Origin: Mytilus trossulus
Lineage: Eukaryota
DNA length: 64,000 nt
Direction of reading: 5' to 3'
Assembly: GCF_036588685.1 (NCBI RefSeq)
Contig: NC_086382.1
Location: 77,996,001-78,060,000 of the forward strand
Part shown: positions 14,188 to 27,089 of the stretch, in pieces
How positions within the stretch are numbered: the first letter of the stretch is position 1
Layout: every line of letters starts with the position of its first letter
Notes under the pieces: model-generated
The model's input: only the letters and a program-made list of their open reading frames with translations
What the model was told of the DNA's origin: nothing
The model's database searches: none
Translations under genes and position numbers: made by a program

Positions 14188-14620
14188 TGGTGAAGGGTGA
14201 CTGGGAAATATACTATTAGATCTGATCACGTTGGTCTTTTTCCGACCGGCAGTAAAAACTGACCGAAGTTGGCCACCCGTTGAGTTGTGTGGGATGTAAA
14301 AGTACACAGTCACGTCCAGTCCGATTGGGAATATAAAATCCAATGTCTCGTGAAAAGAGAGTAACTCGCTAACTACAATGTACGAACCCCTGCAAAAACT
14401 TGAAGAGACGTCCATAAATAGCGTGTTGATAGACAACATTTGTGTCCTTATGCAATATACAATGTACATCATTTTATCCAGTGGCAGTTAAAACGTCCCT
14501 GACGTAATTCCGGAGGGCCTCCTTCCAGGACTTACATGTAGTATGTGTTGCTGCTTTGTGCTTATCCTGAACATGCATGACATATTTGCAATTTAACGTT
14601 AAGCAACCAACAATCAGCCA
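14188..14620 (+). mobile_element. SINE-like interspersed repeat (other copies about 17100-17400 +, 43360-43635 -, 46120-46470 -)
   Basis: Shared core ggtgactggg...ggtctt..ccgaccggcagt..aa...cagtcacgtcc..tc.gat.ggga; tail aacgttaagcaaccaacaatc in some copies. Confidence 0.6.
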
Positions 14621-15206
14621 TTACGTACGCGTGTCATAAACAAATAAAAGGGTCTATAAATTGTTCAGTACCAACATGAAAGAAGAAACACAGCAAATGT
14701 CTAAGGTTAGGTTGATGATTGATGCTTTGCTCAATCCATAGTTTACCAATGACGCCAATGGTAACGGGGGAATATAAATATGGTCCTTGTGGTCTTCTGC
14801 GAAATAAATCAAAATTTGAATGAAATGCATATAGTTGGGTATAGACTTTAAGGTGCTTATAATAACCAGAATGACTTGACCAATCATTTAGATTTTTTGC
14901 ATCACAGAAGAAAGACCTTAATGTTCGAGGAATTTAAGCATTATCTTTAAACCTTAATAATTAAACAAACACAAAAACATAATCGAAGAAAGCAAACCAG
15001 TTAATATTAAGATTGTCTCTTCATCTTTATATCTTCACATTAAAGTAACTGTATTACTATGTTATTTTTGTTTGTTGCTATTTTATGCTTACAGCATTCA
15101 TACAGCATGCAGCTATTGCTTTTAGTTTTGTTAATTTGCTTTCTTAAAGTTTGTGTTGACCGCTTTAGTTATTTTTCGTATAGTAGACTTGTTTATTTAA
15201 AACGAG

Positions 15207-16866
15207 TCGTTAAATGCATATGTACTAGACTTTGTCAGTTACGCTCAACAATATAAGCATATTGTTGTAAATACATGCAGTTTAATTTATATTTCTAATA
15301 GTAAAACATTTGTTTATCATAATACATGGATAGAAACCTATGTACCAGGATATTTGATAACGGTCAGAATCTTACTATTGTATTTATGTTGTAGGGTATT
15401 GTTTTTATATATATTTGTATTATCCTGAAAGTAGTCCAGAAATAAAAGGAACCACCTTCAACAAAAGTATTGTGTTTATTAAGCCCTAGAAAGTGCTACT
15501 ACACTATCATGTTTAACCCCGCTGCGCCTGTCTTTAGTCTGGAGCCCCTGGTCTTTGTTGGTCTTTTATGGAGACAAAGTTATATTTAGCTTGCAGACTT
15601 TGTGAAACGTCACCAGTGTCTGAGTAAAAAGTTGATGAACCAAGGGTATGTTAAAGAACGTCTCGTCTTTTTTCTAAAAAGATCATCGGAAGGTACCAAG
15701 ACCTTATTGATAAATATAGATTCTTACACTGCAACAAGTGTATTACGATATTTCTCCACTCGAGACAGTTAAATTTTATTATTTAGAGCGCGAGGCTTGC
15801 CGAGCCCTTTAAATAATAAAATTTAACTGTCGCGAGTGGAGAAATATCGTAATACACGAGTTATAGTGTCGGAATCTGTTTCTCTAATGCTTTTTATCGT
15901 TCTTTGTCAAAGATTTTCAGAAAATTGTGCTATTGATATGCGACGTCATCAGGCAAGGTCTCCTTTTTTCATGACGTCACAATAGGAAAATTGAGAAGAA
16001 AACACAAAACGTTTTGACGTCATAATCAAATTTCGTTAAATGCATATGTACTAGACTTTGTCAGTTACGCTCAACAATATAAGCATATTGTTGTAAATAC
16101 ATGCAGAACAGTTTAATTTATATTTCTAATAGTAAAACATTTGTTTATCATAATACATGGATAGAAACCTATGTACCAGGATATTTGATAACGGTCAGAA
16201 TCTTACTATTGTATTTATGTTGTAGGGTATTGTTTTTATATATATTTGTATTATCCTGAAAGTAGTCCAGAAATAAAAGGAACCACCTTCAACAAAAGTA
16301 TTGTGTTTATTAAGCCCTAGAAAGTGCTACTACACTATCATGTTTAACCCCGCTGCGCCTGTCTTTAGTCTGGAGCCCCTGGTCTTTGTTGGTCTTTTAT
16401 GGAGACAAAGTTATATTTAGCTTGCAGACTTTGTGAAACGTCACCAGTGTCTGAGTAAAAAGTTGATGAACCAAGGGTATGTTAAAGAACGTCTCGTCTT
16501 TTTTCTAAAAAGATCATCGGAAGGTACCAAGACCTTATTGATAAATATAGATTCTTACACTGCAACAAGTGTATTACGATATTTCTCCACTCGAGACAGT
16601 TAAATTTTATTATTTAGAGCGCGAGGCTTGCCGAGCCCTTTAAATAATAAAATTTAACTGTCGCGAGTGGAGAAATATCGTAATACACGAGTTATAGTGT
16701 CGGAATCTGTTTCTCTAATGCTTTTTATCGTTCTTTGTCAAAGATTTTCAGAAAATTGTGCTATTGATATGCGACGTCATCAGGCAAGGTCTCCTTTTTT
16801 CATGACGTCACAATAGGAAAATTGAGAAGAAAACACAAAACGTTTTGACGTCATAATCAAATTTCG
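15207..16866 (+). repeat. Recent local tandem duplication (units of about 826 and 831 bp)
   Basis: tcgttaaatgcatatgtactagac recurs at 15207 and 16033; copies are nearly identical apart from a 5-bp indel; tcg microhomology at the junction. Confidence 0.9.
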
Positions 16867-17000
16867 ACTTATCATTTGCCGAGAACAGATTTTTCACTAG
16901 TGAGGAGAAATATTTTTCTCACACCGGTCAGGAAATGTGAAAATAGCACAAAAATTAGAGAAATATTCCTTATCAACTTCTCAAATAATACACAATGGTC
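16400..17000 (+). pseudogene. C-terminal fragment of a Penelope-like RT, split by a palindromic insertion
   Basis: Reads KLMNQGYVKERLVFFLKKIIGRYQDLIDKY|SLSTSQIIHNG once 16547-16964 is removed; resembles the C-terminus of Penelope-like RTs. Confidence 0.45.
16547..16964. mobile_element. Non-coding palindromic element, possibly non-autonomous Crypton-type (partial copy 15717-16032)
   Basis: Hairpin of about 160 bp (gtgtattacgatatttctccactcg...cgagtggagaaatatcgtaatacac), internal tttctctaat versus terminal attagagaaa, and aaata direct repeats at the borders. Confidence 0.45.
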
Positions 17001-18324
17001 TTGATGTTGTTTATCATGTTAACAACGTATTTGATAGGTCTTTCATTTGCCTTTGTTCTATTGTTAATATTACTTTTTCTTTGAATGGTTGTGATTTCAC
17101 CCCAAGGGTAACTGGGGAATATAAACATGGTCACTTGGTCTTCTTCCGACCGGCAGTTAAACGCTTGCCGAAGTGAGGCGTCCGTTTGGCTGTGCTGGAT
17201 GTATCAATTTCGCAGTCACGTCCGGTCTGATTTGGGACGTTAAATCCGATGTCTCGTGTATAGAGGGGCACGCTCTTTATACGTTTAGAACCCTTGCAAC
17301 AACTCGTTCAGGGGCCCTTAGGTTGCCTGTTCCTGTTTTCATCAAATATACCCTCATTTTCCAGTGGCAGTCCAAATTTCCCCGACCATTATCCCAATAA
17401 AAGATCTGTTTGAAGCAAGATGTACATAAACTGTTACACAGTCTGATAACAATACACAAAGTATGATAGAAAAAGAGTCTAGAAATAGCATCCAAAAACA
17501 CAAGCATACACAAAGTGGATTTATAGGTCATAGGATCATCAATTGTGAAAGACCTTGGTGGTAAAAAAATGTACAAGAATAAACAAGTGAAAAACCCTTC
17601 TTTGAGAGATAAAACTGTAGAGGGAGCAACAAAATTTGTGAAATCGGGAACCGTACATGCTAAAAATGTTTGGCTACAAATAGGACCAAATGATTTGGAA
17701 CAAAAAACACCAGATGATGTACTACAAGAAGTTGAAGTAATTGTTCGTGAACTTAAATCTACTCTACCAGAATCTACAGTTGTGATCGGGGAAAGTTTTA
17801 CAAAGATATTATCTTGGTGACCGAAAAAAAGCTAATGCATATTTAAAAAAAAAGGTCTATACAATATTTTAGTTAACGACTATTGTGTTGATACTGGGTT
17901 GCACTATGTACTATTTGAAAATACGATTCATTCAGATTTCTATGGTGGTATTCATCCAAATTTTAAAGGTGTAAAGCTTTATGTCAGATGTATTAAGGAA
18001 ATTATAAACCCACTGTTATCAGTTAGATATGATAAAAATTATCCAAGGTCCTTCAACAATGGCTATCCAGAGAGGTCAAATTATGACCAGAATAGAAGTG
18101 GGTACAATAAAACAGATACAAATGGATATCAGGGTTACAGACATGACAAGCATAACTCTTATAATATATATACAGAGAATACAAACAATAGATACACAGA
18201 TAGTACAAACAACAGATTTACAGATAATACAAACAACAGATATACAGATAATAAAAATAAGATATACAGATAATACAAATACTAGTCACCTGCACATGCA
18301 CAATGATAGGGACCACATGTACAA

Positions 18325-18543
18325 ATAAAGGCAACAGTGGTATACCGCTGTTCATAACTCATAAATCCATGGACAAAAAACAAAATCAGGGTTACAAACA
18401 AAAACGAGGGAAACGCATTAAATATACGAGAAGAACAACGACACAACACTGAAATGTAACACACACAGAAACGGACCAAGCATCAGACAAAATCCCACGA
18501 GAATAACAAATATAACCTCAAAACCAAATACATGAATTTGGGA
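18325..18543 (+). repeat. Interspersed repeat, copy 2, inserted in the LINE
   Basis: ataaaggcaacagtggtataccgctgttc...; matches 45226-45520. Confidence 0.7.
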
Positions 18544-19803
18544 TATTACATTCCCCCTATAAATTCAAACTATTTTGAAAATGATTATAGCTTTTTAGAA
18601 AATGAGATCAGTACATTTGCAAGACGAGGAAAAATACTTTTAATGGGGGACATGAATGCAAGGACTGGAAAATATCCTGATTTTATCACAGGAGATTCTT
18701 GTCAAAAAAATAATTTTGATGCCAAAATCTAACACCAAATTATTATGAAGTTGACACGGAAATTTCTAGAAACAATCAAGATAATGTAACAAATGTACAA
18801 GGTAAATCCTTATTAGAACTATGAATTGCCTCAAGGTTACGCATATTAAATGACAGATTTATAGGGGACAGGCTAGGCTACTATACTTATACGTCAATAA
18901 ATGGATACAGTGCTGTAGTTTATGCATTAATAAGTGAAAGTCTCCTGTCCTCAGTGAAATACTTTAAAACTGATGATTTTACTAACTTGTCAGATCATGT
19001 ACAGATTCAGTTAACATTAAATTGTATTATAAAACAATTTTTTGACCTTAAAAGTCATACTAGTATAGAAAAAAAAAATGGAATTATTTGAAAAGATATA
19101 AATGGACAGAAAACTCACATAACTTGTTACTTAAAGCTCTTATGTCAGAGCATCAGGAAAATCAAAAAGGGGTTGATGGTGCAACTGAAAATTTAACTAA
19201 CATTTTTGAAAATATCTCTGATATTACTTTTAAAATTACAAAAATAATTAAAAGTAAGAGAAACAAATATAGACAGGTGTGGTCAGACAATTGTGTATAC
19301 GAGACCAAAAAAAGGAAATAAACTTAAAAAATGTCTAAATAATCAACTAAAAAAGAAATATTTTGAATTGTTAAAAAGTTTGAAAAAAATGGTAAAATTT
19401 AAAAAAAAGTACAATACAGAGAGAAAATATTTAACTCATTAACAGATAATTTTGATAAGAAACCTAAAGATTTGTGGTAAATATTCAAAGGAATGAATAA
19501 CCAAAAAAATACTGGTAATGAAGTGCCGGAAATTTTTAAAAATAAAGAAATTATTACGAAGCATATTCAGGACCCCACATTTGTAAATATAAAATGGAAA
19601 GAGGAAACAGAAAACAACTTGTTAATATTGAGAAGAACATAATATCTTATAGAGAAACAGATGCTCCAATAAAATACTCTGAAATAAAAAAATGTTATTG
19701 GTAAGCCGAAAAAAGAAAAAGCGCCGGGGCCAGATACCATTATCAATGAAATAGTAAAATTAAGTTAAAATGTATCTATCAAAGGTATTGTTAAATTACC
19801 TTA

Positions 19804-19806
19804 TTT

Positions 19807-19856
<50 letters not shown>

Positions 19857-20790
19857 CGTCCGTCCTGTTTCTTGTCATCGCAACTCCTCTCAAACCACTC
19901 AACAGAATTTCATGAAACCTTTTCAGTTAATGAGGACATACTATGTAGTTGTGCATATCGACGGGAAATTGCGATTCAAATTTTTTTCTAGGAGTTACGC
20001 CCCTTGAACTTATTTACTTTAATGTACTACTGACGCCACTTTGAACTTATTTACTTTAATGTACTACTGCAACAGTTTGTCATCGCAACTCCTCTGAAAC
20101 TACTCAACGGAATTTCACGAAACCTTTTCAGTTAATAAGGACATTCTATGTAGTTGTGCATATCGACGGGAAATTGCGATTCAATTTTTTTACTAGGAGT
20201 TGCGCCCCTTTGAACTTATTTACTCGAATGTACTACTGCAACAGTTTGTCATCGCAATTCCTCTCAAACTACTCAACGGAATTTCACGAAACCTTTTCAG
20301 ATAATAAGGACATACTATGTAGTTGTGCATGTTGACGGGAAATTGCGATTCAATTTTTTTTCTAGGAGTTACGCCCCTTTGAACTTATTTACTTTAATGT
20401 TCTACTGCAACAGTTTGTCATCGCAACTCCTCTGAAACTACTCGACAGAATTTCATGAAACCTTTTCAGATAATAAGGACATACTATGTAGATGTGCATA
20501 TCGACCGGAAATTGCGATTCAATTTTTTTTTCTAGGAGTTACACCTGTTTGAACTTATTTGCTTTACGGTACTACTTCAACAGTTTGTCATCTCAACTCC
20601 TCTCAAACCACACAACAGAATTTCATGAAATTTTGTAGATAATAAGGGCATTCTATGCATGTAGATGTGGATATTGACAGGAAATTATTATTCAATATTT
20701 TTTCTTATACAATTTTTTCCCTTACACTTATTTAATTTCTCCAATGACAATGTTGGGACGTGGGGTATGTGAGCGTGCTCACTAAGGTTT
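19804..20790 (+). mobile_element. Helentron-associated non-autonomous element with internal 169-170-bp tandem repeats
   Basis: 5' ttttaccccacgcaacgagttgc with a (gtcc)n microsatellite; about 5 units marked by gtcatcgcaactcctc (19874, 20079, 20248, 20417, 20587); 3' cgtggggta subterminal IR and gtgagcgtgctcac hairpin; T-rich insertion site in the LINE. Confidence 0.75.
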
Positions 20791-21488
20791 TTTAATTTTG
20801 AATACAGGTATTTACCAATCAAAATAGAAATATTCATACTAAATTTCATTGCATAAATCAGGAGTAAAAACTGATCCTGATAATTACAGGGGAATATCTC
20901 TGACAGGTTGCTTACCAAAGTTGTGTAATGCTGTGTTAAATGAAAGATTGATTAAAATGATGGAAAATACTACAAGTAATACACACTTTGGCTTTAGAAA
21001 AAATTACAGAACCTCTGATAGTATATTTGTGCTTAAGTCTTTAATAAACAAATACTTGCTCAAAAATACAATATATGCCTGCTTTGTTGATTTAAAAAAA
21101 GGCTTTTGATTCTGTCTGGAGAAAAGCTTTACTTTATGCACTGTATAAGGCAGGAGCAGGGAAAACATACTTAATATTATTACAGGACAGTATGAGGAAA
21201 CAAAATCTGCCTTCAAGCATCAAGAGTGGCACTCATAATATTTTGAGGATAAACCAGGGGGTTCATTGAGTCCTACTGTATTTAATTTATTTATTAATGA
21301 TTAAGATGCAGAGTTTTCAAATGAAAATAGCTGTCCATTAGAACTAATTGATACTAAAGTAGGATCTTTACAATTTGCTGATGACCTTTTAATATTATCT
21401 GAAAGTAAAAGAAGACCTGCAAAATAGTCAGAACAACTTAGAAAAATATTGTGAATAATGGTAATTGACTTTAAATATTAAACCCTAA

Positions 21489-21970
21489 CGCCTAGGCGTA
21501 GGTCGTGCCGGTCGGCAGCCCGAACCCGGATGGTAAGTCCGGTAGTGGTGACCGAAAGTTTACTTCTGCTTTATGTTTTTCGATGGTGGAAATACTTGCC
21601 TCTCTTCTATCTTTAGCCACATTTTCGACGTCGTCGAGGTGGAAAACACTACATTACTAGTAGTAGATAAATCTTTCAAATCCGCCTCGACCGTAGCGCC
21701 TAGGCGTAGGTCGTGCCGGTCGGTAGCCCGGACCCAGATGGGAAGTCCGGTAGTGGTGACCGAAAGTTTACTTCTGCTTTATGTTTTTCGATGGTGGAAA
21801 TATTTGCCTCTCTTTCTTTTCTTTAGCCACATCATCGACGTCGTCGAGGTGGATAGGACTAGTAGGGAAATCTTTAAGGCCCGCCTCGACACTAGCGTAG
21901 GTCGTGCCGGTCGGCAGCCCGGACACGGATGGTAAGCCGGTTAAGTGGTGACAGAAAGTTTCTCGATGGT
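21489..21970 (+). repeat. About 2.4 copies of a 208-bp structured repeat at the island's left edge
   Basis: gcgtaggtcgtgccggtcggcagcccg recurs at about 21496, 21704 and 21895; several short palindromes (cgcctaggcg, tcgacgtcgtcga, ccgga...tccgg). Confidence 0.85.
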
Positions 21971-22099
21971 AGACAGTTAGTAAAGACGACATAGTGGCTC
22001 TACGACCCTACGCCGTTGGCTACGGTTACTTTCTAAGCAGTCTAAGCACGTCTCGCAAACGTGACAGTGTAGAAATACCGTTAAGGATTAGGCAGGACC

Positions 22100-22626
22100 C
22101 TACGTGCCAAAAGCGATGACATGCCGGTGGCCCGTGTATAAAATTCCCCTTACAATTAAGTGGCTCTTAACTTTAAGATTAAGATTACCACCCGATACGG
22201 TCCTGTCGCTGGACCAAGGGAAGTATTCGTGGGTCATTAATCAGTTTTTCTATTTATTACAGAAATGAATAGTAAAGGTAGAAACGAAAGGAAGAAAAGG
22301 CAGAGGTAAGTCATCCAAGCAATTTGAACGCGAGGATACCTACTCCCCAGTACCAATACGGTCACTTTTTAAGCAGTCCGTGTGTACGGGTCCAGAGGAT
22401 TTTAGCGTTGGTCTCATCGCATCTGACACGTTCACAAACGTGACCCTTAAAGATTCGGCAGGATCCTAGTTCTTTCGATGCCATTCCGGTGGCCCATGTT
22501 TAAACTCCCCCTTACAATTAAGTGGCTCTTAACTTTAAGATTACCACCCCATACGGTCATGTCGCTGGACCGCAGGACCAGGGGAAGTATTCGTGAATCA
22601 TTAACCGGTTTTTCTATGTATTACAG
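22100..22626 (+). promoter_or_regulatory. Duplicated upstream/leader block ending in a splice acceptor (third copy 25915-26085)
   Basis: ccccttacaattaagtggctcttaactttaagatta...gtcgctggacc...gggaagtattcgtg...tttttctat..attacag occurs three times, each just before an ATG (22265, 22629, 26101). Confidence 0.55.
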
Positions 22627-22628
22627 AA

Positions 22629-25493
22629 ATGAATAGTAAAGGTAAAGAAATGAAAGGAAGAAAAGGCAGAGGCAAGTCGTCCAAGCAATTTGAACGCGAG
22701 GATACCGATTCCCCGGTACCAAGGCCGTTGAGAGTGCCCACCCTGTACAAAGAGTCTAAAGCGCGAGAAGAGGGTGAGAAAGCTAGCCAAGCGTTTGCCG
22801 GCTGAGGGGGGAGCCGAAGTTGGAAAGGCATCCGATGTCGCGAGACAGGCCAATGCCGAGACGGTGACAAAGGTAGTCACGAAGGCTGAGGTAACCCCTG
22901 GAGCTGAGGAGGCAACGTCGGAAACTTTGGAGCCCGCCTCCAAGAAGGCTAAGCTTGTCGCAGCCTGGGTTCTTGATCATTTTAATCACTACCCGACTGA
23001 AGCAGAAATGGCTTTACTTCTTCCCCGGCGGGAGTCAAAGAGTGCACGAGTCCCTTGGATCAAATGCACCAATGTGTGGATGTAGACCTGGAAGTAGCTT
23101 GATCGGGTGGTGACGAGGTTCGACTCTCCACCTAAGTCCGTCTCCAATTCCGCATCGAGAGTTCCTTCCGGCCCTGTTGTTCACCGGAGCTAGGGGTCAC
23201 TGCAAAGGCCGTCCTGCCGGTAAAGGTGCAAACTACAGATGCACGAGCAGCCACGTATTCAAAATCGGGCTCACGGGCTGTTAGACAGTCTCTATTCATT
23301 GCAGCATCCACAGCGGAAACTAGTAAAGGGAAAGATGATGGCAGGAACGGGAAAGATGTCAAGACAGTCGACAAAAGTCTGAGTGTGGCCCGGTTTTTTG
23401 GTGACGGGGCCGCTCGTAACAGTATGCCCCTGTGCCTGACAACACAAGAACAACGATCAGTTTATCAGGATGCACAGGCCGATGGAACGTCCTCCCCTGA
23501 AGCCAGCGTAGACAACGCAAACTGCCTCTCTAGCTTTGCCCGCTGCGGTAATGGCTAAAACACAGACAAAAAATGAATGGGCTGTCGAAATGGGACGAAG
23601 TACTGCTAGTACTCACAAAGTGGAAGATCAGGCGGTGCGGAGGTGCCATCTGTGTAATCAGGAGAAGTCCGGCCATATGCGGCGCCATTTGCAGCGTGCC
23701 CATCAACGCTGCAATGAAGAGATCGACGTACCCCTCATTCAGTGGAAGCAAATGACCGCCGGACCTACTAATAAAAAGGCTCTTAAATGCCCTTACTGCA
23801 AACAATCTCACACTAGACTTAAGCGGCAATTGAAAACCGTACACAAAATGACCGATCCACTATTAATTAAAGATCGCCTGGTCGCAGCGGAATATCACGC
23901 CAGCAGACGGTCGATGGATTTATACAATTCGGTCATGACAGGCTTTGAAGCTTTCCTGTCCAGTAGAGGTGGCTACGTGTACAAGGCGTGCATCGTGAAG
24001 GACTTGCTACAAAAGGTTAAATTTATCGTGTCCTTCGTTAATCCGAGTGCCTTCACTTATGGGTCGTTACGTGATCTGCAGAGATGTGGGAATAAAGACG
24101 GCATTCTAGAGCAGGTTGCCACATACGAGCACAGTTCGTCGGGCACGATGGTAAGACGTGAGAAGCCTCTAGGGGCTGGTACCAGGTCTAACTACGTGCT
24201 GGCACTGAAACGCTTCTGTGAGTTTATACACGGGAGGAAAGACCGGGTCCTATCCATCGTACCGGACCTACATTCCTGGGCTACGCTCACTCAGCATGTT
24301 AACCGTGTCTATACTACGTATAACATGGATAAGACCAGGGAGCAAGCCATGCGCCGCATTGACCAATCGCAGCTCCTTGATGGAGTGCAAGTCGGGCTAC
24401 ACTACATCCGTTTTAGCTGTAAGACTAAATGAGATACTATCAGCGGCTACGCCCTTGGATACATCTGTGGAGGCATACACTCTAGTCCGCGGCCACATTC
24501 TCATGCTATTGGAAATCATGAACGGTAAGACGGACGGCGAGTTCCCGAACTTGACCATGCAGGAGTGGCAAGAAGCCACACAAGTAGGAATTGATTACAT
24601 CGTCCGGGTTCGACGACATAAGGTAATCACTAAACCTTGTAACATCAACTTCCCGGGCCTAATCTATCGGTATATAAAACATTTCATTGAACACTTCAGG
24701 CCGATAGTGCTCAAAAAGGGTGTCGTTACGAGGAATGTGTTCCTCGGAACCACGGGCACACAGTTAACAAGTAGCCAAATCGTTGACGCCATGAATAAGT
24801 GCTGGCAAATATATGGTCGCGAGATTAACGTGAAACTGCCACGGTTTACCACAACCAGGCTGCGGAAGTTGATCGTTACGATCCATAGATCCACCACCCA
24901 GTCTAAGTCACAGGATGTCCTTGCCGCCCACATGGCTCATTCATCCGCGGTTGCAGACCGTTGGTATGACATGGGTCAGGGTACGTTTAAGTCCTCAAGG
25001 GCAGGCAACATCATTATTAATGGTGTATGGTCCTCGGTATTGAATAAAACAGCTGTCAAGGTAGAGACGACGGAGGAAGAACACATTGATGGGGATGTAG
25101 ACGATCCTAGTGACATCGATGAAGATGAGGAGGACGCCGAAGCACTGGCGGGAGAACTGGAGGGTCGGTCTGTTAGCGCTCACGACGGGATGGATCTGCA
25201 CGCCGTCCCGTTAGTCCAAGAAGTCCTCCGCTCAGCCCAAACCTCCTACAGTCACCGTGGCCGGCATCATTGCAGATTCAGACTCTACGCCTTTCGCACG
25301 AACCTTGACGACGATGCAGCGCTGCTTTCAGAGCTACATCAGCGAACACCGTGACAATCGGGATCTAAAAGTGTCAACTGCGGACATCAAATGAAAGCTG
25401 AAATCCGAACCGCCCCCTTTCTCTAGTTGACTTGATAACTACGGGGCAACAAAGATAGCGGAGCGTATCCTCTATCTTGTGCGTAAGCCATGA
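22629..25493 (+). pseudogene. YR1: K/A/E-rich N-terminus, two C2H2-like fingers, tyrosine recombinase, acidic tail (frameshifted)
   Basis: ORFs 22774, 23226, 23536 and 24218 join by frameshifts. Fingers CHLC...HLQRAH and CPYC...LKTVH. YR boxes NGKTDGEF (Arg replaced by Thr), VRRHKV, TTTRLRK, AHMAHS, ADRWYD (Tyr present). Confidence 0.8.
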
Positions 25494-26100
25494 ATTTTAT
25501 TTGGTGAGGCAGACGGGATGTGAACCAGAAGAAGAATGGCCTAATGCTAAAAGTGACGTTTTTCTTTTAATCTTTTTTATGCCCAAGAGGGTGACTTTTA
25601 TTTTTATATTTTTATACTGTTATTTTTACCCGTTGTCAAGCTGGTAGTTTTTTTTTGCCACCCCATCTTTTCAACGGGGGTTGACGGACAGATTAGTGGC
25701 CCCGCACTGCTGTCCAAAAGAACTATCGGGCAAGTCACGGGCAAAACCTTAACCATCGGGTAAGGCATGGGAAAACCAAAAAAATATTAAGTCCCGCTTA
25801 TGTCCGGTACGCCCGACACGAATCAAGGGAAATTATCGGGGAATAATGCATTCGCCTGCTTATGTCTGACACGGCCTAACCCATCGGGTCAAGACTTAAA
25901 GCTTCCGTTACCTGCGTGCCAAGGGCGATGCCATTCCGGTGACACGTGTATATACTCCCCCTTACAATTAAGTGGCTCTCTTAACTTTAAGATTAATATT
26001 TCCACCCCATACGGTCATGTCGCTGGACCGCAAAACCAGGGGAAGTATTCGTGGGTCATTAACCGGTTTTTCTATTTATTAGCAGCCCGAATTTACATGC

Positions 26101-27089
26101 ATGGCCTCCACGAGAAAATATCCCGCTACAGAGAGCGGCAGCGGACCGCAGGCTGAGTCACACTGCGTGTTCCATACTCCCAGCAGATATGGTAAGCACA
26201 GCCTGGAGAACATTCTAGCCGTGAAAATTATCATAGAGCGTATTCCAGCTGGTACCGCCTCGTGGCTGACAAAGAAAGAGACAGTGATGCAGCGGATGGC
26301 AAGCAAAATAACACTCGAGCCCGCTGCCGTCGTCGCAACGGCTCCGTCCGATTGCCGGGGTAACAAAGGTGTAGCACACCAGGATGAGGCCGATGATGCG
26401 GCTACTGTCGACGAGGCCAAGTCCATCAGTCGGGAGAGGAAAGCTCTTAAAAAAGAGGAAAGGAAAGCCAGAAAGCTAGCCAAGCGGTTGCTTGATGAAG
26501 GGGACGCAAAAGCTGTCGCGGGACAGGCCAAGGCCAAGAAGGCTAAGGTAACCCCTGAAGCCGACTCGGCGGTAGTCGTCGAGTCTAATCAAGTGGAGGC
26601 ACCGTGCAAGAAGACTAAGCTTGTTGTCGCCTCGGACAAAGATGAGACAAAGAAGAGAGCGAGAGACATATCCACGCGTTTGCCGGCTGATGGGGAAGCC
26701 GAAGTTGGAAAGGCCAAGGCCAATGCCGAGACGGTGACCAAGGTAGTCACGAAGGCTGAGGTAACCCCTAAAGCTGTAGAGGCAAAGTCGGAAAAAATGG
26801 AGCCCGCCTCCCATGGGTTCTTAAATATAGTGCTGAATTCCCGAATGAGGAAGAAATTGCAATGTGTGTTACTCATCCCCGGCCGGAGTATAAAGAGTGC
26901 GCGAGGCCCTTGGATTTAATGATCCCATGTGTGGATGTAGACCCAGAAGTAGAAGCGCCTGATCGGGTGGTGACGAGGGTCGACTCTCCACCTAAGTCCG
27001 TCTCCACTACCGCTATGCCTATGCAAGTTCCTTCCGGCCCTGTTGAACACTCTGATCCGGAGCTAGCGGTCCCTGCAAAGGCCGTGTAG
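26101..27089 (+). CDS. Lys/Ala/Glu-rich protein homologous to the YR1 N-terminus (repeated per unit; frameshifted in units 1-4, stops in unit 5)
   Basis: Shares RKLAKRL, AEVGKA and ANAETVTKVVTKAEVTP with ORF 22774; unit 5 restores the frame into WVLKYSAEFPNEEEIA, matching WVLDHFNHYPTEAEMA of YR1. Confidence 0.6.

Larger units (their letters stand above)
17420..21480 (+). mobile_element. Decayed CR1-group LINE with SGNH/esterase-like ORF1, APE and RT
   Basis: ORF1 remnants QIGPNDL and GGIHPNFKG; APE motifs YIPP, LMGDMNARTG, SDH; RT motifs KAPGPD, DNYRGISL, HFGFR, CFVDLKKGF, LSPTVFN, FADDL. Ends abruptly at 21480. Confidence 0.8.

Noticed and set aside
26101-26919. Histone H1 gene cluster
   Set aside because: Lys/Ala-rich and tandemly repeated, but no H1 globular domain or core histones; homologous instead to the YR1 N-terminus.
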